From Bdellovibrionota bacterium (GTDB lineage Bacteria; Bdellovibrionota_C; UBA2361; OMII01), in assembly GCA_040398075.1 (NCBI GenBank), contig JBBAUR010000011.1, positions 9,144 through 73,143 on the forward strand: DNA of 64,000 nt. The letters are read 5' to 3'. The notes below the pieces were generated by a model. The model worked only from the letters and a program-made list of their open reading frames with translations. It had not been told where the DNA came from and ran no database searches. Shown piece by piece: positions 57,196-64,000 of this stretch. The position numbers were made by a program, and so were the translations under genes. Positions within the stretch are counted from its first letter, which is position 1. Every line of letters starts with the position of its first letter.

Positions 57196-57966
57196 GTGCC
57201 CAAGATCAAGCTTATCGTCGAGTACGATGGAGGCCAGTTTCATGGCTGGCAGAAACAACCAGGGTTGCGAACCGTTCAGAGCGAGCTCGAACGAATTCTC
57301 TCGGTAGTGTGTCGACAAGCGGTAGGGCCCTTGCACGCTGCTGGACGCACCGATTCAGGGGTGCACGCCCGCGGACAGGTTGTGACCTTCACCCTTGCCG
57401 AGGAGCCAGACCTGTGGCGGTTGGCGCAGGGGGTGAGCCACCTGATGAAGGGGGAGTTGGCGGTCCTCTCGGCAGAGGTCGTTCACGATTCGTTCCACCC
57501 CGGTATCGACTCGACCCACAAACAATACTCCTACCGTGTGCTCAATCGACCTGCTCCCGCTGTGCTCGATGCGCGGAAGGTGTGGCATATCTCTCGTCCG
57601 CTCAACTTAGAGTTGATGCAAACATGTGCTGCTTCTCTGATTGGAGAGCACGATTTCTCCAGCTTTCGTGATTCTGAGTGTTGTGCAAAGTCGCCGATTA
57701 AAACGGTCTACGTGAGTGAGCTCGAGCGTCAGCCGGGAGGCCTCATCGTGTATCGGGTCATCGGCTCAGGATTTCTCAAGCAGATGGTCCGAAACATCGT
57801 CGGATCGCTGGTCGATGTCGGGAGAGGCCGACTGGCGGTATCGAGCTTTAGTGAGATCTTAGCCAACAAGGATCGCAGAACCGCTGGGGTGACTGCGCCT
57901 GCGCATGCGCTCTCCATGGATTGGGTCTCGTACGCGCCACTTCCGGACTTCTCCCGGCGCGATTGA
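57196..57966 (+). CDS. truA: tRNA pseudouridine(38-40) synthase TruA
   Basis: A GTG start gives MPKIKLIVEYDGGQFHGWQKQPGLRTVQSELE...GRTDSGVHARGQVV. The longer six-frame ORF from 56656 overlaps asd in another frame and is rejected. Confidence 0.85.
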   Translation: MPKIKLIVEYDGGQFHGWQKQPGLRTVQSELERILSVVCRQAVGPLHAAGRTDSGVHARGQVVTFTLAEEPDLWRLAQGVSHLMKGELAVLSAEVVHDSFHPGIDSTHKQYSYRVLNRPAPAVLDARKVWHISRPLNLELMQTCAASLIGEHDFSSFRDSECCAKSPIKTVYVSELERQPGGLIVYRVIGSGFLKQMVRNIVGSLVDVGRGRLAVSSFSEILANKDRRTAGVTAPAHALSMDWVSYAPLPDFSRRD

Positions 57967-58046
57967 GCCCTGACGAGTCGCATAGAGCCCCAATCAAGCA
58001 TCGCGCTAATGATGTGTTGTTACCATGAGGCAAAGCGGGAGGCGAA

Positions 58047-58283
58047 ATGGGACGATGTGACGTGTGCCACAATGAATACGACCGCTCCTTTACCGTGATT
58101 CATCAGGCCCACTCTTACACATTTGACAGCTTCGAATGCGCGATTCATGCACTCGCTCCACGGTGTGAGCACTGTCAGTGTCGCATCATCGGACACGGGA
58201 TGGAGAGTGAAGGCGTTTTTTATTGTTGTGCTCACTGTGCGCGGAGTGAGGGGAAAACGGAGTTGCGCGATCACGCACACTAA
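58047..58283 (+). CDS. small Cys/His-rich metal-binding protein with two TRASH/YHS-like repeats
   Basis: Strong RBS (GGGAGG). CDVCHNEY...YTFDSFECAIHA and CEHCQCRI...VFYCCAHCA each follow the TRASH/YHS-like pattern C-x2-C…FCS-x-C-x3-F. Confidence 0.4.
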   Translation: MGRCDVCHNEYDRSFTVIHQAHSYTFDSFECAIHALAPRCEHCQCRIIGHGMESEGVFYCCAHCARSEGKTELRDHAH

Positions 58284-58401
58284 AGCTCCGCAGGGTCTTC
58301 CTGCGTTCGAAGGTTATCCCAGCGTAGGCTTCCCGAGCCCCGTCTCATCAATCCTGTCGTGGCACCACTTCGAAACCTGGTAAAGGAAGTCAGCTTGCCC
58401 C

Positions 58402-59232
58402 TCATTCCTCGGAAGAACCGAGAGCGGAATACCACTGATGTATCTTCAAGAAAAAGATCGAGACCGCTTCGAGGAGATAGGTTAGACCTGCCCCTCCTTT
58501 CAGAATCCAGGCAACCAAAAACCCGAAGAGCAGAAGGTTCCAGGCCATCACGTACAGCACTCCGACCCGATAGCCTCCACGAATCAAACTTAGATCGGTC
58601 TGAATGGGCGAGATGTCGCGAATGTTGAGGACGATATCTAATCCGTATCCGATACCGACGGTCAACACAGCGAGCATGTGTTCGTGTCTAAAGAGAGCGA
58701 ACGCAATCAGTCCAGCAACGAAGGTGAATACGGGAGTGATGTAAGGAGCAACGGATATGAAGGCGTTGAAGTGCTTGGTTTCCTTCGAGTAGGCGTATTC
58801 GAAGTAACCTGAATCACGAGCAATCTTCATGCCTTTGCGCTTGTTGCCTACTAAGTTTGAAACGAGGGAGTGTTTGAATTCGTGAATGAGAACGGAGATG
58901 TGCCCCTTGATGAAAAGGTGTGCACACACTCCTCCAGCGAGCGCTGCGCAGGTAAAGATTCCGGCGTAACCGAGAGTCTCGGCAGAGAGTAGGCGAAGAG
59001 CCAATGACAGAACGACCAATCCGGTCGGTAGGATCGCTACGAGCGAGAGAAAGAAAGCGAATCCTCCAACCACTGCTTGTTTCGGTGTTTCTGCCTTTCG
59101 CGACTTCGTCGCAGGGGTAGCTTCGACATTGGTCAGCTCACCCCGCTCGATAGCTTCCCTGATCTCGCGCACGAGAGCAGAGATCTCTGCATCTTTGTGG
59201 TGCCCATCGTCGTCGTCGAACTTCTCCGTCAT
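58402..59232 (-). CDS. polytopic membrane protein with an HExxH motif (putative membrane zincin, DUF3267/M50-like)
   Basis: Several TM segments and HISVLIHEFKHSL (HExxH) within a TM/loop context. Confidence 0.4.
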   Translation of the reverse strand: MTEKFDDDDGHHKDAEISALVREIREAIERGELTNVEATPATKSRKAETPKQAVVGGFAFFLSLVAILPTGLVVLSLALRLLSAETLGYAGIFTCAALAGGVCAHLFIKGHISVLIHEFKHSLVSNLVGNKRKGMKIARDSGYFEYAYSKETKHFNAFISVAPYITPVFTFVAGLIAFALFRHEHMLAVLTVGIGYGLDIVLNIRDISPIQTDLSLIRGGYRVGVLYVMAWNLLLFGFLVAWILKGGAGLTYLLEAVSIFFLKIHQWYSALGSSEE

Positions 59233-59266
59233 GATAGTTTCGGGTTTCCTGTCGAGTGAGGTGGCA

Positions 59267-61207
59267 CTAGCGTCTCAAAAAACCGCCGAGGAGATCCTTT
59301 ACGCCGCGAGCAGTGTCCGAATCCTTCCCGAGTGCTTTGTCGATAGCGCGACCCGCCTCGCGCTCGATAATGCGCCCCGCACCGGTCTGCATGAGCTTCG
59401 AGAGATCGGGTAGCACGAGCAGTTGCGGGGCACGACCCTTGAGGCTGAGCGGTATGACGAGCCGCCCCGAAGAATCGTATACCTTGCTGATGTCTTTAAT
59501 ACGCTCAGCCAGAGCCCTAGAAAACTCGGGCGTAAAGGTCAGCGTCATGGTGAGGTCGAGTGTACCATCTCGTGCAATCGAGCCGCTACTTCGAAGTGTG
59601 AAGATATCGCCTACGGCCTCCAGAGAGCGCAGAACCGTCAGACTTCCCTGCAACTCGAAGGTCGAATCCAGGGAATGAATGCGCGTGTCGGGTTCGCGTA
59701 CCATACCTTGAAACTCTGGAGGAATGCTCTCCACGAGAGTCTTCTCAAGGAAGGGTAATCCTTTTCCGACAGAGTTGAGCACAGCGAGCGGCAGGTTAAA
59801 GCCCTTGAGGGTGGCGTTCTTGACCGAGATGCTACCGGGACCGCGTATATTCGGTGCTGGAGGCCCGAGGGGACCGCTCACCTGCGTATTCAAGGTGGCG
59901 ATAGTTCCCGAGAAGTTTGCAGCGTGCTCGGGGTAAAAGGTCGATAGGATGCTCTGGATCGACATCCCTTTGAGGTCGGCGCTGGCTCGTACCTGCAGCG
60001 GAGAGCTCAGTTGAAGCGCTCCTGGGATGTTTCCAGTGCCATCAAACGCGCGCACGTCAAAGCGGCTCAGGGTGACAGAGCTTGGAGCTCCCTTACGAAA
60101 CTGCCCATCAATACCTAAGATGATCGGGGCTCGATTGATGTTGAGCGAGAGCTGCCGAGAGCTGAAGCTGAGCGCGGTTGTGGTTCCTTCGAGGGAGATA
60201 TCGCCGCTGATAGCTTGAACACTTTGCCCATCTGGGATGACAAAGGAACTATCGCGTAGCTGGAGCGCAGAGCCAAAGGAGATCGTGTCGGCACCGGCAA
60301 GGGTTATCTCGCAGCGTGGGATGACGAGGGTTCCCCGCGGCGTAAACTTTGACAAGGACGGGACAAATGGCTGCGCATGCTTCACAAGAGCTGCGATGTC
60401 GAGTTTATCGGACGAGGCCTTAATCGTCCCGCGGCGGCTATCCAGCTCGAGAGCGGCTTCCGCGCGAACCGATCCTGCGTCAGAGGTAAACACAGCATCC
60501 GAGACAGCAAGCGTGCCTGTGTCGTGATTGAGCGAGGCCGAGCGAAGGGCGAGAGAGAGCGGCCCGGCCCCGGGCATACCAACGCGCAGCTCCGCCTTCG
60601 GTACGCTCAAGAGCGCTCCCTGCAACTGAACCTGCGCATCGAGGTCGAGGTCGGAAATGGTTGAGGTTGTGCCAGCCTCCAGGTCTTGGATCGTCACTGA
60701 CCCGTTCTCTATGAGCACTCTCTCGAGATGCAGCTGAAACGATTCCGAGCTGCTGGACGCGGCCGCGCTTTCGGAGGAGGCGGATGGTTGCGGAGCAGGG
60801 GCTGGTTGCGATTGAGAACCTGAGGCAGCTTGGCCAGAAAGGCCTGCTATCGAAAAGCCTTGCTTACCCCTCGTTATCGTAATCCTCGGCTGTGAGACTC
60901 TAAATTCAGATGCGTCGAGCTTTCGCGAGAGGAGTGGACGAAGAGCCAGCTTGGCCCTTACTGCGGCAACCGATGGAGCAGCTTCCCCTCCCAGGGTGAT
61001 ATCTCGCACCACCAGCTGAATGTTGGGGAACAGCGAGATATCGACCGTACCGATGTTGACCGGCGCTCCGACAAGCTTGGTGAGTCGTTGCTCGATCTTG
61101 GGCTGGAGAATTCTCACCACGTCGTTAGCGCGCACTACTGCTGTTACTACCAAACCGGCCAAGACGAGAACCAGCAGCCCGACGATGATCGCTATACGTT
61201 TCTTCAT
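59267..61207 (-). CDS. AsmA-family outer-membrane biogenesis protein
   Basis: N-terminal anchor MKKRIAIIVGLLVLVLAGLVVTAVV, then a repetitive beta-rich region typical of the AsmA/TamB family (…VNIGTVDISLFPNIQLVVRDITLGGE…), 646 aa. Confidence 0.6.
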   Translation of the reverse strand: MKKRIAIIVGLLVLVLAGLVVTAVVRANDVVRILQPKIEQRLTKLVGAPVNIGTVDISLFPNIQLVVRDITLGGEAAPSVAAVRAKLALRPLLSRKLDASEFRVSQPRITITRGKQGFSIAGLSGQAASGSQSQPAPAPQPSASSESAAASSSSESFQLHLERVLIENGSVTIQDLEAGTTSTISDLDLDAQVQLQGALLSVPKAELRVGMPGAGPLSLALRSASLNHDTGTLAVSDAVFTSDAGSVRAEAALELDSRRGTIKASSDKLDIAALVKHAQPFVPSLSKFTPRGTLVIPRCEITLAGADTISFGSALQLRDSSFVIPDGQSVQAISGDISLEGTTTALSFSSRQLSLNINRAPIILGIDGQFRKGAPSSVTLSRFDVRAFDGTGNIPGALQLSSPLQVRASADLKGMSIQSILSTFYPEHAANFSGTIATLNTQVSGPLGPPAPNIRGPGSISVKNATLKGFNLPLAVLNSVGKGLPFLEKTLVESIPPEFQGMVREPDTRIHSLDSTFELQGSLTVLRSLEAVGDIFTLRSSGSIARDGTLDLTMTLTFTPEFSRALAERIKDISKVYDSSGRLVIPLSLKGRAPQLLVLPDLSKLMQTGAGRIIEREAGRAIDKALGKDSDTARGVKDLLGGFLRR

Positions 61208-61357
61208 GATTGCTACCGAGAATACGAGTATACGGCCGCGGGGACAAGCTCAACGGATCGCCGCGTTTCCCCCGCAGACAGGGGTGGCTCGACAGCTCTT
61301 GTGTTGTAATAGTATGACTCGTGATGGCCACGGGTTTCAAGTATGCAAGGGGGAGAG

Positions 61358-62545
61358 ATGCGCATAGCGGTTAGCGCTGGGGAGGTGTCAGGTGAGCAGC
61401 ACCTGTCACGTGTCATACGTGCGCTTCGTGAGCTGCATCCCAACGCCCATGTCAGAGGGATGGCAGGGGCTGCTAGCCGCGATGCCGGAGCCGAGCTGGT
61501 GATCGATTGCTACCGAAAGGGTGCAGCGATGGGGTTTTCCGAGCTCCTGCGTTCAGCGGGGTCTATCTGTTCCTCGTTTGCTACCATGAAGCGGCTCATA
61601 CTCGAGTGGAAGCCACACGTTCTCATCCTCGTGGATTATCCTGATTTCAACCTCAGACTGGCGCAGTATGCCCACAAGCAGGGTGTACGGGTGCTGTACT
61701 ACATTCCGCCGAAGGTGTGGGCGTGGCGAGCCAGCCGTGTCAAGAAAATTGCGGCGTGTGTCGACCGAGTCGCAGCGATCTTTCCTTTCGAGCGGGAGTT
61801 TTATGCGGCGCGTGGATACTCCGCCGTCACCTATGTGGGGCATCCGCTCACCGATCGGGTCGCAGATGTGAAAATCGACAACGTGCGCAGCAACACGCTC
61901 CTGTTGTTGCCGGGTAGTCGCCGATTCGAAGTTGAGCGCATCTTACCCCCCGCTCTCCGGGTGTGGCTCCGACTGCGGCGCGATCATCCGACCCTCGTGG
62001 CGCAGGTGGTTCTTGCTCCGAATATGTCTTTCGAGTGGGTGAAAAGGCTGGCCGCGGGGGTTGTTGGGGGCGAGCTTCTCGACAAGGTCGAATGGACCAC
62101 GGAAGACGCTTTGAAGGCTATGGCGCGCGCTCGGGTAGGAATTCTCAAATCCGGGACCTGCAATTTAGAAGGTGCTATCGCAGGGTTACCCTTTGTATCG
62201 GTGTACAGTGGCTCGTGGTTCTCTAATTTGCTAGTTTCGGCGTTCGTGTCGCTCAAAGAGTACTCCCCGGTCAATATCATGCGCTCTGGCACCGTTGGAG
62301 AGTTGATGCAGGTGAGGCTTGACGAGCGAGCGCTCGAAAATCAGGTTCGCAAGCTACTCGAAAATAGTGAGGACCGAATCCGGGTAGAGAGCGGTCTCGC
62401 AGAGGTGCGTGCCAGTCTGGTGCCCGATGGACAGCCGAATAATCACGGAAGTGTAGCACGTCGCGTCGCTGCTCTGGCGCTCGAATTAGGCGGCAGAGAT
62501 GGCGAGCAACAAATCGCGCAGAACCCAGAGCCGCTGGGTGAATAG
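61358..62545 (+). CDS. lpxB: lipid-A-disaccharide synthase
   Basis: MRIAVSAGEVSGEQHLSRVIRALRE...DYPDFNLRLAQYAHKQGVRVLYYIPPKVWAWR (LpxB-like). RBS GGGGGAGAG. Confidence 0.8.
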   Translation: MRIAVSAGEVSGEQHLSRVIRALRELHPNAHVRGMAGAASRDAGAELVIDCYRKGAAMGFSELLRSAGSICSSFATMKRLILEWKPHVLILVDYPDFNLRLAQYAHKQGVRVLYYIPPKVWAWRASRVKKIAACVDRVAAIFPFEREFYAARGYSAVTYVGHPLTDRVADVKIDNVRSNTLLLLPGSRRFEVERILPPALRVWLRLRRDHPTLVAQVVLAPNMSFEWVKRLAAGVVGGELLDKVEWTTEDALKAMARARVGILKSGTCNLEGAIAGLPFVSVYSGSWFSNLLVSAFVSLKEYSPVNIMRSGTVGELMQVRLDERALENQVRKLLENSEDRIRVESGLAEVRASLVPDGQPNNHGSVARRVAALALELGGRDGEQQIAQNPEPLGE

Positions 62546-62568
62546 CGGATTGGAAGGATTGTGAGTTC

Positions 62569-64000
62569 ATGTACAAAAGGCTCCTGCAGTATTTGAAGCC
62601 GCATCGCCGATATTTTGTCGGCGCGTTGCTGTGCATGGTAGTGTTCGGAGCTACCGACGGAGTTGTCCCGTTTCTGGTGAAGTACATCCTGGATGAGGTG
62701 TTCACCAAACGGAACGAGCAGCTCTTGTGGATCCTACCGGCACTACTGATGGGATTTGCTCTCGTTCGTGCCGCCTGTGATTTTGGTCAGCAGTTCCTCA
62801 TGGCCGCCGTTGGTCACCGAGTGACTCAGGATCTCCGTAATCACGTCAATCGTCACATCCTCTCCCTCTCTCCCGATTTTTTCGTACGCAACTCGTCAGG
62901 CGAGCTTTTGTCCAGAGTCACCTCGGATGTGCTCCTGGTGCGCACGCTCCTGACGGATTCGACCGCATCGATTATTCGCGATACCCTGCGTCTGTTGGCC
63001 TTGGTCGTATCGTGCGTGTACCTCGACCCGACCCTGTCGCTGTTGGCGGTGGTGTTTTTCCCGATCGCAGGGCTCCCCATCGCTCGCATCGGAAAGCGCA
63101 TGCGAAAGCTCAGTCGGCGTGGTCAGGAAGCGATAGGGGCGCTCTCCGCGCTCTTTCAGGAGAGTCTGCAAGGGCATCGGGTCGTGAAGATCTTCTGCCG
63201 GGAAGATTTCGAACAGGAGCGCTTCGAACGTGGTAACAAGGAGCTCACCCGCACGTTTGTGAAATCCGAGCGAGTACGTGCCGCCGCCGGCCCAATTAAC
63301 GAGGTGCTTGCGAGCTTGGTGATCTGCGGTGTGTTGCTCTACGGCGGACACTCGGTCATCTCAGGCGCCCGAACCTCGGGCGACTTTATGGCGTTCCTGG
63401 TCTCCGTGTTCCTGATGTACGAGCCGTTCAAAAAACTCACGAGGGTCAACGCAACCGTACAGCAGGGACTGGCAGGAGCTCAGCGTATCTTCGAGATCAT
63501 CGATACCGTACCTACTATCCAGGATCCGCAGGAGCCACAGGCGCTGCCGGCACGCTACGACCTCGAACTCATCGATGTGACCTATGAGTACCCGAAGCGA
63601 GCTGAAGACGATACGGTGTCAGGAGCGCTGCAAAAGGTGTCGCTGGCGATACCCCAAGGAAGTAAGGTGGCTTTAGTGGGTTTCTCCGGAGCTGGCAAGA
63701 CGACACTGGTGGACCTGCTCCCGCGCTTCATTGACCCATCGCGAGGGACAGTCACCCTCGGCGGCGTAGATCTGCGGCGGTTGCGATTGTCGGACCTGCG
63801 CTCGAAGATCGCCATGGTTGGCCAGCACACATTTCTCTTCAATGATACCGTCTACAACAACATCGCCTACGGTAGCCCTGGAGCAAACGACCAGCAAGTT
63901 GTGGCGGCGGCCCGCGCTGCCTATGCATACGACTTTGTCATGAAGCTCCCTCAAGGGTTCCAGACCCAACTTGGAGAGGGAGGCATGACGCTTTCGGGAG
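62569..64000 (+). CDS. msbA: lipid A export ABC transporter MsbA-like (ATP-binding/permease), 3'-truncated by the window end
   Basis: MYKRLLQYLKPHRRYFVGALLCMVVFGAT... (a six-helix TMD), Walker A (GFSGAGKTT), and the signature LSGG... at the last codons. The frame runs off the window with no stop. Confidence 0.8.
   Translation, partial: MYKRLLQYLKPHRRYFVGALLCMVVFGATDGVVPFLVKYILDEVFTKRNEQLLWILPALLMGFALVRAACDFGQQFLMAAVGHRVTQDLRNHVNRHILSLSPDFFVRNSSGELLSRVTSDVLLVRTLLTDSTASIIRDTLRLLALVVSCVYLDPTLSLLAVVFFPIAGLPIARIGKRMRKLSRRGQEAIGALSALFQESLQGHRVVKIFCREDFEQERFERGNKELTRTFVKSERVRAAAGPINEVLASLVICGVLLYGGHSVISGARTSGDFMAFLVSVFLMYEPFKKLTRVNATVQQGLAGAQRIFEIIDTVPTIQDPQEPQALPARYDLELIDVTYEYPKRAEDDTVSGALQKVSLAIPQGSKVALVGFSGAGKTTLVDLLPRFIDPSRGTVTLGGVDLRRLRLSDLRSKIAMVGQHTFLFNDTVYNNIAYGSPGANDQQVVAAARAAYAYDFVMKLPQGFQTQLGEGGMTLSG

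Noticed and set aside
56656-57966. 436-aa ORF that would start inside asd
   Set aside because: The N-terminal 180 codons are an alternative-frame read-through of asd (Ser/Arg-rich). The TruA homology begins at the GTG at 57196.
1-64000. CRISPR arrays, rRNA/tRNA genes, transposases/integrases, toxin-antitoxin pairs
   Set aside because: No evenly spaced direct repeats with unique spacers were seen. No rRNA-like or tRNA-like conserved blocks were found. No ORF shows DDE/tyrosine/serine recombinase or common toxin motifs. The only mobile-looking material is non-autonomous (MITE-like).

Overview
This is a 64-kb, high-GC (about 60%) chromosomal segment from a Gram-negative bacterium; I cannot assign a taxon from the sequence alone. 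LPS and outer-membrane genes are present (lpxB, msbA, an AsmA-family protein, a TonB-like protein). A densely packed housekeeping core (rimP-nusA-ylxR-infB-rbfA-nrnA-truB-purA, yajC-secD-secF-tsaA, metG, pcm, cysK plus a metY-like gene, ihf, asd-truA, lpxB-msbA) is interrupted by accessory material. The accessory parts are: an orphan Flp/Tad pilus fragment (cpaB plus two TadE/TadG-like pseudopilins, one carrying a (GAT)9-encoded poly-Asp tract); a bacterial alpha-2-macroglobulin operon (a DUF2135/DUF1175-like fusion, a YfaA/YfaQ-like protein, and a 1621-aa A2M with an intact CxEQ thioester motif); a LemA-TPM-TPM trio with a host-attachment-family gene; a secreted Cys/Gly/Asn-rich repeat protein beside a B12-binding radical SAM (DUF4080-like) gene, separated by a (GA)11 microsatellite; and a SpoIID/LytB protein with an N-terminal HExxH module. 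The most notable non-genic signal is at least three families of short palindromic MITE-like repeats. Two copies of one family (about 190 bp, 14-nt terminal inverted repeats) sit in inverted orientation around a roughly 10-kb gene block (14.77-24.85 kb). A separate 200-bp imperfect palindrome lies at 101-298. No rRNA, tRNA, CRISPR array, transposase or integrase was recognised. All similarity calls are from motif recognition by eye, not database searches.
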